Counted from the first letter of the stretch, positions 9,093 to 19,591 are shown. The stretch: DNA of 64,000 bases from Candidatus Saccharimonadota bacterium (GCA_026707815.1 JAPOWB010000003.1:3380-67379); one strand, 5' to 3'. Program-made: numbers and translations. Notes: generated by a model not told the origin, from the sequence alone.

Positions 9093-10124
9093 TTAGACCA
9101 CCCCCAAATATGAATCAGTTGCCACTGTCTCCATTTTCTCGGCTTCATAAAACAAATATTCCGCATCCTCGGGATAATTCTTAGCATACCGACCTCCTAA
9201 ATCTGTCTCCATGAGTCCCGAGGCAACTTCATCAAACGGGTTACCCACACTCCCCAAGCCAAGAAAACCATTCGGATTCAGCTTGTAACCGACAGCTCTC
9301 AGTAATTGCAGGTCGCCATTGTCACGGGCAGCCAAGCAAACAGCAAAAATCGGTTCAAAAATTTGCGACTTGAAAAACTCCACTGCTTCTTCCGTTGATG
9401 CATGTTGTCTATAAGCTCCAACTAACCTGAAAATAGCTGTCCTCGGTTCACTAAGATAGGCTTTTTCGGTGGTCACGGCTTCTCGGATACGCTTATTATA
9501 AACTTCGGGGTGATGTCTGTTGATTTTCACAGGTAAATTTTCCAGATAATCCTGTTCCAAAGAAGCTTGCTTCAATGACCAAAAATCAATCTCTATATTT
9601 CCCTCAATGCCCTCAACAGAAGTGAAACGTTTATTCGAAATTTTAATACTTGTTTGCGGTAGTAACGACCGCTGATCTTCCTCGGACAATCGCTCAAAAA
9701 CTTCCACTAAGGTTTGGCGGGTTTGCAGTACCGTCGGTGCCAATTCGGAATGAATGAGATTCATGCCCGATGCATCAACCTTAAACCCAAGACTAGCCAG
9801 ACCTTCATAGTATAAGAGGGAAGATTGACATTCTAGATGTAACATAGGACTGCGTTTTTGACAGGAATCTTGCTGATAAGCTTCGACAGCACGCATATAG
9901 CGCAATAGATGTTGATAATGCAAGGAACGCAAGGAGCCACAACCAGCTTCTTGCAATTTATGATTTAAGGCATCAAGAAGGTTTGCCTTGGCTTCGATAA
10001 AATTTAATCTGGCGCAATCATGCTCCTCAAGGCTTGCCACTTCAAAACCTAACATAGCCTCCGCACCCAATACTTCAGACATAGTCTGACCACCATTTAT
10101 CTCGCCCGATTTTTTGTGATTCAT
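9093..10124 (-). CDS. orphan hypothetical protein (cassette H, elevated G+C)
   Basis: Long ORF with no motif I recognise. I prefer the ATG at 10124 (MNHKKSGE...), which is preceded by AAGGAG (10135-10140), over the track start at 10163. Confidence 0.6.
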   Translation of the reverse strand: MNHKKSGEINGGQTMSEVLGAEAMLGFEVASLEEHDCARLNFIEAKANLLDALNHKLQEAGCGSLRSLHYQHLLRYMRAVEAYQQDSCQKRSPMLHLECQSSLLYYEGLASLGFKVDASGMNLIHSELAPTVLQTRQTLVEVFERLSEEDQRSLLPQTSIKISNKRFTSVEGIEGNIEIDFWSLKQASLEQDYLENLPVKINRHHPEVYNKRIREAVTTEKAYLSEPRTAIFRLVGAYRQHASTEEAVEFFKSQIFEPIFAVCLAARDNGDLQLLRAVGYKLNPNGFLGLGSVGNPFDEVASGLMETDLGGRYAKNYPEDAEYLFYEAEKMETVATDSYLGVV

Positions 10125-10436
10125 TACAGCGCGTCTCCTTCTTTCAATTTTTTTATACTGCAAAGTCTACTCTATGTGAAAAGGATAGACAAGGATAAGC
10201 TCTATAGTGAATATGTCGCAGCTGCAAAAAATTTAAATTGTTTCAATAACAAAGGTCGATAATAATACAAACCAACCACAGGAATTTCTTCAAGCTACGA
10301 TTTTAACGACAATAACCCATAAGTAGAACAGCCTGTCTATCTGAAATTAGAATAAACCTCAAATATGATGTATATATTCATAAAATTCAAGAACTTGGGT
10401 GATTATGTTAAACTACCAGTGTTAGTTTGCTACCAA

Positions 10437-10524
10437 GCCACGGTGGCGAAATTGGTATACGCGCACGACTCAAAATCGTGTTCTTATTGTGAGAGTGAGG
10501 GTTCGAATCCCTCCCGTGGCACCA
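10437..10524 (+). tRNA. tRNA-Leu (anticodon CAA), long variable arm
   Basis: Acceptor GCCACGG/CCGTGGC, anticodon loop CTCAAAA, 16-nt variable arm, T-arm GAGGG-TTCGAAT-CCCTC, encoded CCA. Confidence 0.9.
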
Positions 10525-10696
10525 TGATTGAAGTCTTTAAAATATAATTTATACTTATATCGATTAAATTCAGCTAGTCATTCTTTTAAATTTGTCATAA
10601 TCTCTATTCTGCGCCAATCTAATGTTGCCTCAAAACTGCCTATAATTCTTCAGAGACTAAATTTTCTTTTGTTTGCAATTTAAAAAGGAAAGGTAT

Positions 10697-12817
10697 TTAA
10701 ATGGAATGAAGAAACTGTCCGTCGACAAGTTGCCAAGTAATCACTTCTCCACTAGCAGTAATGCCATAAACTAAATCTTCAATAATAATAGTTCTGATTG
10801 GACTTAATTTCTCTTTATCTTTTGCGATGGCTATTAAATTTTGTTCCAAGGATAAAGTTTTATCAATGACCCGAACAGCAAGGATACCATTTTGTCGAGT
10901 GGAATCCCAGCTTCGGAAAGAAGATAGGGGATACCAACCAGCCCTATAGGGAATAAAGGATAGATCATTATAAAACAGAAAAGCTCGATGATCATCTTCG
11001 ACGCTTGAATATCCCCAGAAGTTTGATTCTTGGATATCTAATATATCTTCTAATAGCAATTGATTAACTCGTTGAGGATTAGTCGCATTAGAAATATCAA
11101 ACAAAGAAATTTGTAAGCCTTCAATCCGCCCTTCTTCATTAGCCTCTTGGCCAATTCCCAGCAGAAGATTGTCTGCCACTGGATGTAAATAAGAGGAAAA
11201 GCCAGTAATCTTTAATTCACCTAAAGCTCGGGGGTTGCTTGGATTAGATAAATCCAAAGCATAGAGAGGATCAATTTGACGAAAAGTCACAACGTAAGCT
11301 TGTGAATCCATAAACCTTACAGCAAAAATTCTTTCATCTATGCCTAAACCTGCAATAGTGCCAATTTCTTCTAAAAGTCCTCGGTGAGGACGCAAAATTT
11401 TAACATGATTTTCTTGTTTATTGTCTTCAGCATCATCGATAGTCACAGCAACTCTTAAATCTCCCCGATATTCATCCATAGAAAACTGATTTAAAAGACT
11501 GCCGGCGACTTCCCCGCTAGCTAGATAGATTGGTCGAGCTAACAGAGAATATTCTTCGGATTGCCAGATACCAAATTTGTGAATAATAGTTTTTAGATTT
11601 GTCGATTCAATATGTAATGCAACCTCGTCACCTGTGATTTCCACTTCATCTGTAGCTTCAGTCGTAGCAACATAGACATGATCAGAGGTGGCATATATAG
11701 TACGTCCATCAGCTGCTAAACCAAGAGCTGACCAATTTGAAGGTCGCAATTCTTCTGAGGCATCAAAAATCATCATCGATAAAGTATTCAGCCCAGAAAA
11801 AACTTTAGGTGTTAATAACTGAGAACAATTCATAAGAGGTTGAGTCGGGGTCTCTGGATTCAAATTATCTTTATAGGCTGGCATCCAATTGTGCAATTCG
11901 GATTCACGAATTATATTCTTATTATTGATCAGGGCACGCTGTTCAGCAAAGAGACCTGATCCAGATGGATAATCCCATTCCAAGCCTAAAGGTTGAGAGG
12001 CAGTAATTAATCTGACAACATGATTGACTAAACGCATGCCAACATATTCTCCGTCAAAAGTGAAATCAGCTATGATATTCGGAGATTGCCGATCTTCGAT
12101 ATCCACTTGAATTAACCTTGATGTACCAAAGCCAATTCTACCGATAATAATTAAAGTATCCCTTGAAACCTGATTGCTTGAAGTTTTGGAGGATAACAAC
12201 ATATCAAATGCTCGAACATCAAGGTCAACTACAGCAATAATTTCTGGTGAATTATTCTCATCAACTTGCTTGATGTCTATAATTTTCAATATTTCTCCAT
12301 CTAAAAGATAAATATAATCCCCGTCATGCGTGACAAAGTCAGCTTCAGAAACTCCTTCTACCTGCACATTAGCTAGGCTATGACCAGATTTAGTGGCACT
12401 GATGGATTCTGTGGAAGATTCGGCGGTGATACCGTCGGCGAGGCCTTCAGCGACATCCAAAACATCAGGCTCCCCACTAATAACAAAGCCTCCAGTTAAT
12501 CCCCAAGGAGTAACTTGTTCAAGAGCGTGTTCTTTGTAATAGTTTAGAACTTGTTCACAATCATCTGGAACAGTTAAACCGAGCCGGGCTAAGATTTTAT
12601 TTTCTTGATCTATATCTTTTGAAATTGGCGAATAAGGTAGCTGAGGCTCATCTATGGGAATAGCATCATCAGTTGATCGAAAAACCAAGGAGACTAAAAT
12701 GACTAGAATCACTAAAATTAAAAGACTGACAATAGCCAATAGCAACTTAGAATTTATTGGGGATTTAAGTGGTTTTTGATTTATTTCTTGAGGCATAGTT
12801 TTTTCCGACTCTCCCAT
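10697..12817 (-). CDS. membrane-anchored secreted beta-propeller-domain protein (Beta_propel-like)
   Basis: N-terminal TM segment. C-terminal SSYLHPVADNLLLGIGQE...LQISLFDISNATNP is typical of the PF09826-type beta-propeller family. Confidence 0.65.
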   Translation of the reverse strand: MGESEKTMPQEINQKPLKSPINSKLLLAIVSLLILVILVILVSLVFRSTDDAIPIDEPQLPYSPISKDIDQENKILARLGLTVPDDCEQVLNYYKEHALEQVTPWGLTGGFVISGEPDVLDVAEGLADGITAESSTESISATKSGHSLANVQVEGVSEADFVTHDGDYIYLLDGEILKIIDIKQVDENNSPEIIAVVDLDVRAFDMLLSSKTSSNQVSRDTLIIIGRIGFGTSRLIQVDIEDRQSPNIIADFTFDGEYVGMRLVNHVVRLITASQPLGLEWDYPSGSGLFAEQRALINNKNIIRESELHNWMPAYKDNLNPETPTQPLMNCSQLLTPKVFSGLNTLSMMIFDASEELRPSNWSALGLAADGRTIYATSDHVYVATTEATDEVEITGDEVALHIESTNLKTIIHKFGIWQSEEYSLLARPIYLASGEVAGSLLNQFSMDEYRGDLRVAVTIDDAEDNKQENHVKILRPHRGLLEEIGTIAGLGIDERIFAVRFMDSQAYVVTFRQIDPLYALDLSNPSNPRALGELKITGFSSYLHPVADNLLLGIGQEANEEGRIEGLQISLFDISNATNPQRVNQLLLEDILDIQESNFWGYSSVEDDHRAFLFYNDLSFIPYRAGWYPLSSFRSWDSTRQNGILAVRVIDKTLSLEQNLIAIAKDKEKLSPIRTIIIEDLVYGITASGEVITWQLVDGQFLHSI

Positions 12818-12834
12818 TTTGCCTTAAAATAGAC

Positions 12835-13410
12835 CTAACTTGTTGGTTGATCCTTAGAATCTAATTCAGCCAAAGTCCTTTGGAGAATATCTCTGAGTCT
12901 ATAGGCATGCTTCAAGCTCATCCCCACCTTAGCAACACTCCGACTAACAGTTTTATTGTTTAATCGAGCATTTTGTAAAAATTCAATAATCACTCCCCTC
13001 TCAGAAATATTCAAGCTTGTTTCATCAGTATAAACAGCCATCCGATCATTTTTCATTTCTTCTGAAATGGCTAAAATAACCCCTTGCCCACCGTTAGCCA
13101 TCTTAGAGCCGAGCATTTGTTCCAAAAACATCTGAAAATCAGAAATAGGAGCATTCTTAGATTTTTTCTTCAAAGAACCATAGCCAGCTAAAGCTAATAA
13201 CTGTTGGGTTTTTCGCTTAGACAATTCAAAGTAGTTAGCCAATATAGCCACTATATCTTCTTCGGGGCGAACCTGTCCTAACTCCAATTGTTTAAGTTTC
13301 TCGGCTGAGATTTCAACTGCTCCACTGACATCATTTACAGATTTTTTAGCATCTTGTCTGATTTTTTTTAATTGAGTTCCAAAATCTCGATATTTTTTGT
13401 CCTTATCCAT
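12835..13410 (-). CDS. XRE-family helix-turn-helix protein
   Basis: N-terminal HTH_3-like segment (LKKIRQDAKKSVNDVSGAVEISAEKLKQLELG). TATAAT lies 7 nt before the ATG, so the mRNA is leaderless-like. Confidence 0.65.
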   Translation of the reverse strand: MDKDKKYRDFGTQLKKIRQDAKKSVNDVSGAVEISAEKLKQLELGQVRPEEDIVAILANYFELSKRKTQQLLALAGYGSLKKKSKNAPISDFQMFLEQMLGSKMANGGQGVILAISEEMKNDRMAVYTDETSLNISERGVIIEFLQNARLNNKTVSRSVAKVGMSLKHAYRLRDILQRTLAELDSKDQPTS

Positions 13411-13608
13411 GATTTTTATTATAACTTAGTTTTGACAAAACTGACAAACCTTAAAGTTAAAAGTTTTTTAAAGATTTAAAAATATGATATCTTAGAATCA
13501 GCCAAAAATCTAAACATCCAAAATTGTGAAAATCAGATTTCTTATCAAGTATTTGTCGTAAAGACTGTTAAAATAAGCCTGAATACAAATTGAAAAATAT
13601 ATAAAGTT

Positions 13609-15123
13609 TTGTCGGAAATTTTTCAGACTTTCAATCCCAACAGTGAAATCAGCCTTAAAAAATTTAAAGAGATTTTAAAAAACTCGGAACGTTTTACTGA
13701 AGCTGATTTAGCTTTAATCAACCAAGCTTTAGAATTTGGTAAAAAATATCATCAAGGACAGAAAAGATTATCTGGGAAGGATTACTTTAAATGTCACTGT
13801 TTACATGTAGGTTTGTATCTGCATGTTCTTCAATTAGATGCCGCTATCATTGTAGCTGGGATTTTGCACGATAGTCTTGAAGATACTGAAGCAACTTTAA
13901 AAATTATTGAAGACCAATTTGGTTCTGAAATAGCTTTTTTAATTGACGGAGTCAGCAATTTATCAGATATCAAATACCGTTACTATAAACAAAAAATTAG
14001 TTCTTTGAGAAAATTTTTTGTAGCTGTTTCCAAAGATGTTCGAGTCATTATTATTAAGCTTTGTGACCGATTGCATAATTTACAAACTTTGGAATATTTA
14101 GAAGCTGACAAGCAAAAACGTATTGCCGAAGAAAGTATGTTGATTCATGCCCAACTAGCTGAAAGACTAAATATTTCTCAGCTGCATAAACAAATTAATG
14201 ATTTGGCTTTTCCTTATGTTTTCAAAAAAGATTATCAACGAGTCAAAGCTTTGCAAAAACAAACTTTAAAAAATGTAGACAAAGTCATTGAGAAAGTCTA
14301 TCGCAAATGTCTAATTATCTTAGATAAGAACTTAGACTATAAGCCCTCCATTGATCGACGACTCAAAAGTACTTACAGCTTATATAAAAAACTCCTAAAG
14401 GAGGACTGGAATATTAAGGCAATTTATGACGTGATTGCTTTGAGAATTATTCTGAAAGATCCAGCGGATTGTTATAAAGTTTTAGGCTTGATTCACAATC
14501 AATGGCAACCGATTAATCAACGTTTCAAAGATTATATTGCTTCACCAAAAAGCAATGGCTATGCCAGTTTACACACAACCATTTTTACTGGAGATGGCTC
14601 AGTGGCTGAGATTCAAATTAAGACTGCTGAAATGCACCAATTAGCTGAATATGGCTTAGCCAGACATTTGCAATATAAAAAAGATACTAGCCGGGATCCT
14701 TTGGAAATGAGAAAGAAAACCACCTTCGATTGGTTAGACCAACTTAAATTAATGCATGCCCAAGAAAAATTTGATGTCAAAGACTACATAAATGATTTAA
14801 GGTCAGATTTTTTTAACGATCGAATCTTTGTTAAAACCCCTAAAGGTGATGTCATTGATCTCATTCAAGGAGCAACTATTTTAGATTTTGCCTTTGCTAT
14901 CCATACTGATATTGGTTTAATTGCTAAGGGAGGCTATATCAATGGTTCTTACAAAGCCTTAAAAACACCCCTCAATAATTTGGATATAGTAGAAATTGTC
15001 ACGGATAAGAAAATTAAGCCTCAAAATAAATGGTTAACTTGGGTTAAAACGCCTCTAGCCATTCGCTCTTTAAAGTCATGTCTTGGCAAAAACCAAAAAC
15101 CCAATCCGACTAAAAGCAGATAA
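13609..15123 (+). CDS. rel: RelA/SpoT homologue (bifunctional (p)ppGpp synthetase/hydrolase, short form)
   Basis: HD hydrolase motif GILHDSLEDT, synthetase motif DYIASPKSNGYASLHT, and a TGS-like segment (IFVKTPKGDVIDL). TTG start. Confidence 0.85.
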   Translation: MSEIFQTFNPNSEISLKKFKEILKNSERFTEADLALINQALEFGKKYHQGQKRLSGKDYFKCHCLHVGLYLHVLQLDAAIIVAGILHDSLEDTEATLKIIEDQFGSEIAFLIDGVSNLSDIKYRYYKQKISSLRKFFVAVSKDVRVIIIKLCDRLHNLQTLEYLEADKQKRIAEESMLIHAQLAERLNISQLHKQINDLAFPYVFKKDYQRVKALQKQTLKNVDKVIEKVYRKCLIILDKNLDYKPSIDRRLKSTYSLYKKLLKEDWNIKAIYDVIALRIILKDPADCYKVLGLIHNQWQPINQRFKDYIASPKSNGYASLHTTIFTGDGSVAEIQIKTAEMHQLAEYGLARHLQYKKDTSRDPLEMRKKTTFDWLDQLKLMHAQEKFDVKDYINDLRSDFFNDRIFVKTPKGDVIDLIQGATILDFAFAIHTDIGLIAKGGYINGSYKALKTPLNNLDIVEIVTDKKIKPQNKWLTWVKTPLAIRSLKSCLGKNQKPNPTKSR

Positions 15124-15166
15124 ATTGACAAAAATATATCATATAAGATATATTCAATCTAGATAA

Positions 15167-16702
15167 ATGAAAACTAACTCTATGACTGCTAATGAAAAAC
15201 TGGGCAGACTAATCCAAGAAATTCGCCAACACAGAGATTTAACTCAAACTGAATTAGCCCAATTAATGGATACTTCCCAAAGTGCTATTAATCGCATAGA
15301 AAAAGGTAAGCAAAATCTAAGCTTAGAAATGATTAAAAGATTTGGTCTAGTTTTAAAACATCCCTTTATCAATATTAATGATCATAAAGTTTCGCTTAGA
15401 ATCTATGGTGGTCGGAAATTAAGTGGACAAAGCACTGTTAATCCAGCTAAGAATACTTGTCTAGCTCTAATCTTTGCCAGCTTACTCAACCACGGCAAAA
15501 CTATACTTAAGAAAGTTCCTCGGATTGAAGAAATCTTCCGAATCATTGAGGTTCTTGAAAGCTTGGAAGTCAATGTCCGCTGGATAGATAATGATTTAGA
15601 AATTAAGCGACCAACTAAATTAAATTTTGACAATCTGAATAAAGATTTAGTTTCCAAGACTAGATCAATTATTATGCTAATTGGTCTAGCTGCCGATGAA
15701 AAGAGAAAATTTATTTTGCCTTTCAGTGGCGGTTGTCGATTAGGTCAACGATCTATTATTGCTCACGCTGTTGGCTTGGAAAATTTAGGTATTCAGATTA
15801 AAACTACTAATGATCATTATCAAATAACTAATCAGCTTCAAGCTAGTCGAAGACCAATTATTATGTATGAAAGCAGTGATACAGCGACCATCAATATCTT
15901 ATTGGCTGCCGCCAAACTTGGTGAACGGACAATTATTAAAATGGCTAGCTCCAATTACCAAATTGAAGATACCTGCTTATTTTTGCAAAAATTGGGTTGC
16001 AAAATTACTGGTCTAGGTAGCACCACTCTAACTATAGAAGGCTGTCCGACATTAATTAAAAAGGATGTCGTTTATCATCCCCTAGAGGATCCTATAGAGG
16101 CTATGACATTAGTCTCAGCTGCTCTGACCACTAATTCGGAATTAACCTTAAAGCGAGTGCCTTTGGATTTTTTGGAATTAGAAATGCTTAGAATTTCCCA
16201 AATGGGCGGTCAAATTGAAATTCTTAAAGAATATATAGCTCATAATCAGTATTCCAGATTGGGAGATATTCAGATTTTACCCCACAATCATCAATTAATA
16301 GCTCCCTTAGACAAGATTAGCTGTCGACCTTATCCTGGTCTGAATATAGATAATCTGCCCTACTTTGTGCCAATCGTCGCCTCAGCCAAAGGCACCAGCT
16401 TGATACATGACTGGGTTTACGAAAACCGAGCCATTTATTACACAGAGCTCAGTCGCATGGGAGCTAATATTCGCCTAGCTGACCCCCATCGCATTTATGT
16501 GACTGGTCCAACTCAATGGCAAGCCACAGATTTATCTTGTCCACCGGCTATTCGTCCAGCGGTTATTAATTTGATTGGTATGCTGGCTGCCAATGGCATC
16601 AGCACCTTAAGGAATATTTATAGCATCAGTCGAGGCTACGAAAATCTTGCTCAGACTTTCAATGACTTAGGGGCAAAAATAGAAATCATGAAAGAAATTT
16701 AG
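15167..16702 (+). CDS. murA: UDP-N-acetylglucosamine 1-carboxyvinyltransferase fused to an N-terminal XRE HTH domain
   Basis: Residues ~10-65 form an HTH (LTQTELAQLMDTSQSAINRIEKGK). The remainder aligns by eye with MurA, including the catalytic Cys loop PFSGGCRLGQR and the C-terminal SRGYENL...LGAKIE. Confidence 0.8.
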   Translation: MKTNSMTANEKLGRLIQEIRQHRDLTQTELAQLMDTSQSAINRIEKGKQNLSLEMIKRFGLVLKHPFININDHKVSLRIYGGRKLSGQSTVNPAKNTCLALIFASLLNHGKTILKKVPRIEEIFRIIEVLESLEVNVRWIDNDLEIKRPTKLNFDNLNKDLVSKTRSIIMLIGLAADEKRKFILPFSGGCRLGQRSIIAHAVGLENLGIQIKTTNDHYQITNQLQASRRPIIMYESSDTATINILLAAAKLGERTIIKMASSNYQIEDTCLFLQKLGCKITGLGSTTLTIEGCPTLIKKDVVYHPLEDPIEAMTLVSAALTTNSELTLKRVPLDFLELEMLRISQMGGQIEILKEYIAHNQYSRLGDIQILPHNHQLIAPLDKISCRPYPGLNIDNLPYFVPIVASAKGTSLIHDWVYENRAIYYTELSRMGANIRLADPHRIYVTGPTQWQATDLSCPPAIRPAVINLIGMLAANGISTLRNIYSISRGYENLAQTFNDLGAKIEIMKEI

Positions 16703-16862
16703 CTTCGGTTTTTGGGAACCTATTACATAAATAAGGGCATTTTTCATGCCTTCAATGAAATAAAAAAACTCAAGCTCAAACTTCGACTGAAGTCAAAACT
16801 TGGCTATTGGCAGCTGACATATATACCATAAAAGATACAAAAAACTAATTAAAGAGGGTTAA

Positions 16863-17174
16863 TACGAAATTAGTCCAGATTTTGTTAGATAGGGGCTTAA
16901 TATTCTGCAAAATCACCATATGGAAGAAGTCAATGATCGCAATAAAATCACTGAAAATTAGCAACGACCCTTAAAATCTGCCCAAAATCAGTTAGATAAG
17001 CTAGACGAATTGGTTACTGCAGGGATAATGACTGCAGAGCGTTATATAAGGTAGATAGCTAAAGTAGAAGATAAGATGAAACAATTAGAATCCGAATTTT
17101 ACATGGTCAGAACCAATGATTTACAGATAGAAAGTGATACTTTGAACACCAAAATTTTCATTTGGGGTGAATGA
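16863..17174 (+). pseudogene. decayed ORF of unknown family with three in-frame TAG codons, abutting tRNA-His
   Basis: A single frame stays open for 104 codons apart from TAGs at 16890, 16959 and 17052. The coiled-coil-like sequence ...QLDKLDELVTAGIMTAERYIR*IAKVEDKMKQLESEF... runs 12 nt into the tRNA 3' end. Confidence 0.35.
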
Positions 17175-17240
17175 TGGGAATTGAACCCACGACCTCCGGA
17201 ACCACAACCCGGCGCTCTAACCAACTGAGCTACACTCACC
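17163..17240 (-). tRNA. tRNA-His (anticodon GUG) with encoded G-1
   Basis: The reverse complement folds as G-1 + GTGAGTG/CATTCAC acceptor, anticodon loop TTGTGGT, T-arm GTGGG-TTCAATT-CCCAT, discriminator C, CCA. Confidence 0.9.
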
Positions 17241-17363
17241 ACAGACAGACCAAACAGCCTATATATTATATATCACACTTAAAACTGATTTTTAAAAATC
17301 TTTTACGCTATTGACCGGCTTGACAATTGATGGATCAATTTATGTTTTATAATTATTTATCAG

Positions 17364-18584
17364 ATGCTACTTTTTATTAAAGACAACAGTAAAATCTTAC
17401 TACCCAGCCTTTATCTGCTCTTGGGAGGTTTGATGACTTTGATCGCCTTTCTCATCCATGATATCTTTTTAGCTGATGAAGTTTCTCAAGAAACAACTCA
17501 TCAGGTAGTTGTGAATCAGGTTGGAGCTGAAGTATTGCAACCAAGTAAAATTACTGGGCGTTATTTAATGACGGGGACAGTAGTCTGGGATAGAAATGTA
17601 GAACGAGCCAGTCGTCAAACTGATGGTTCACTAGATTATGAATATCCATTCAGAGGTTTGGATACCTATCAACCTCATAATTATGATGCTTGGGTGGCTG
17701 ACTTAGAATGTCCTATTCATAGCGATGACTTAGCCTATGAACTTGGTCATACCCTGCTAGAATTTAATTGCTTACCCGAATTTTTGCCTTACGCTCAAAA
17801 ATATTTCCAGTTCTTCAATCTGGCTAATAATCATTCTGACAATTCTGGTTCAGCCAAACTAGAAGCAACTAGAAGACTTCTAAAAGCTGTTAATATTCAA
17901 CCATTTGGTGATCCTGATCCCGGTCAAAACCAACATGCCTGCCAAGTTGTCAGTTTGCCAATTAAACTTTGGCAAACCGAAGATCAATTTGAAGAGGCTA
18001 AAATGCCTGTAGCCTTCTGTGCTTGGCATTATTTTTATCGCTTACCTTTAGCTGGTGAAATTGAAATCCTAAAGCAATATGCTGAATTAATGCCAGTCTT
18101 TGCTTTTCTGCATATGGGGGCTGAATATTCAGCCACGGCTGATGGTGTTCAAACAGCCATCGCTCATCAAGTCATTGATGCTGGAGCAGATTTCGTCATT
18201 GCCAATAATCCTCATTGGGTACAAAATGCTGAACTATACAAAGAGAAGCTCATAGTTTACTCGACTGGCAATTTTATTTTTGATCAAGCCTTCAATGAAG
18301 AAGTTAAAAGAAGTGCCAATATTATTGTTGAAATTGAAGCTGACTGGAATCAAAATTTAGCTGATTGGATCGATTTGGCTTCAGATTGTTCGGGTAGTCC
18401 TAATAAATGTTTAGAGTTAGCTCAATCTAAAAAATTGCAAAAATCACCAATTAAAATGAATTTTGATGTCATAGCCGGTTATTTAACTAATCATCAACAG
18501 GCCGTTGGCAATGCCTCAATTCAAACTGCAGTCAAAAAACGTCTGGACTGGGACGCTTTATTCAAGCAAAATGAAAATCATTGA
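17364..18584 (+). CDS. CapA/PGA-biosynthesis-like metallophosphatase family protein
   Basis: N-terminal TM segment, the FNLANNHSDNSG motif and later FLHMGAEY / NPHWVQ motifs typical of CapA-type proteins. Confidence 0.6.
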   Translation: MLLFIKDNSKILLPSLYLLLGGLMTLIAFLIHDIFLADEVSQETTHQVVVNQVGAEVLQPSKITGRYLMTGTVVWDRNVERASRQTDGSLDYEYPFRGLDTYQPHNYDAWVADLECPIHSDDLAYELGHTLLEFNCLPEFLPYAQKYFQFFNLANNHSDNSGSAKLEATRRLLKAVNIQPFGDPDPGQNQHACQVVSLPIKLWQTEDQFEEAKMPVAFCAWHYFYRLPLAGEIEILKQYAELMPVFAFLHMGAEYSATADGVQTAIAHQVIDAGADFVIANNPHWVQNAELYKEKLIVYSTGNFIFDQAFNEEVKRSANIIVEIEADWNQNLADWIDLASDCSGSPNKCLELAQSKKLQKSPIKMNFDVIAGYLTNHQQAVGNASIQTAVKKRLDWDALFKQNENH

Positions 18585-18591
18585 AAATCTT

Positions 18592-19536
18592 TTATTCCAA
18601 AGATTGATCAAAAATAGCTTGAGCTAAATTATCTAGCAAAATATTTAAATCTTCTAATAAAACATCTTCCTGAAAAACACTAATCGCTAAAACTTGATTT
18701 CTATCATTCAATTCAATAATACCCACATCAATCCAATTATAATTATCACCAGCTTGATTAAGATAAGTCCCTGTTTTATTGTAAACTTTGGCATAATTAT
18801 CGAAAGCCGGTTGCAACAGCCTTCTATAGCTTTGATTATGCATAGCAGTCAGTAGTCGCTTGCGACTATCTTCTGATAAATTATCGCCATAAATAAGACT
18901 TAATAGCTTAATCATCTCTTCAGCAGAAGTTCGAAATCCAGCCGCATGAATTTGCTTTAAGTCCAATTTCTCTAAACGAGTTTGAATGACTGGATAACCA
19001 TAATGTCTCAGAAGAGCTTCACCGCAAGGTGAATCCGAAACTTCAATCATTAGATTGAGGCAAGTCCTCAAATCTAAATCTCTATATAAGTTATGCCTGA
19101 AAAAAGGCTGGGTTAATGTCAATAAATTATTATCTATATCTTCATAGACTAAATAAGCTAAATATAGTTTGTAAAGACTAGCTGTTGGATAGATATCCTC
19201 AGCATTATGAGACAGTAGACGATCTTGATTGGTTAAATCTTCAATAACAATACTCAGTCGAGCATCAGAGGCATGGGCAAAATCAGCTACTATCTTTTCT
19301 AAGATAGCTTTATCAAAGCTTGGATTAGGATTATCTAATAAGGTATCAGTTTTGTTTGATACCTCTGAATTTGATTGTTGAACAGAATCAGTTGGTGTCA
19401 ATATTTCTAGTTGATTTGACGATTGTTGCGGTCTATTTGCTAAATTCCAGCCCACCATGAAGCTAGTAGCCAGCATGACTAGTCCGAAGATTAGAAAGTA
19501 GATTAATCGCTTATACTTCTCTTTCATGACTTTCAA
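18592..19536 (-). CDS. class-A beta-lactamase-like serine hydrolase (membrane anchored)
   Basis: SxxK (ASLYK), SDN-like (VSDSP) and KTG (NKTGTY) motifs in the canonical order. Confidence 0.6.
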   Translation of the reverse strand: MKVMKEKYKRLIYFLIFGLVMLATSFMVGWNLANRPQQSSNQLEILTPTDSVQQSNSEVSNKTDTLLDNPNPSFDKAILEKIVADFAHASDARLSIVIEDLTNQDRLLSHNAEDIYPTASLYKLYLAYLVYEDIDNNLLTLTQPFFRHNLYRDLDLRTCLNLMIEVSDSPCGEALLRHYGYPVIQTRLEKLDLKQIHAAGFRTSAEEMIKLLSLIYGDNLSEDSRKRLLTAMHNQSYRRLLQPAFDNYAKVYNKTGTYLNQAGDNYNWIDVGIIELNDRNQVLAISVFQEDVLLEDLNILLDNLAQAIFDQSLE

Positions 19537-19591
19537 ACTATTTTACAGCATCTATATATCCCTAATAGAGAAATGTTATAATGACACTGCA

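Noticed and set aside
10365-10547. 60-aa ORF overlapping tRNA-Leu.
   Set aside because: It spans a well-folded tRNA gene, so it is an artefact.
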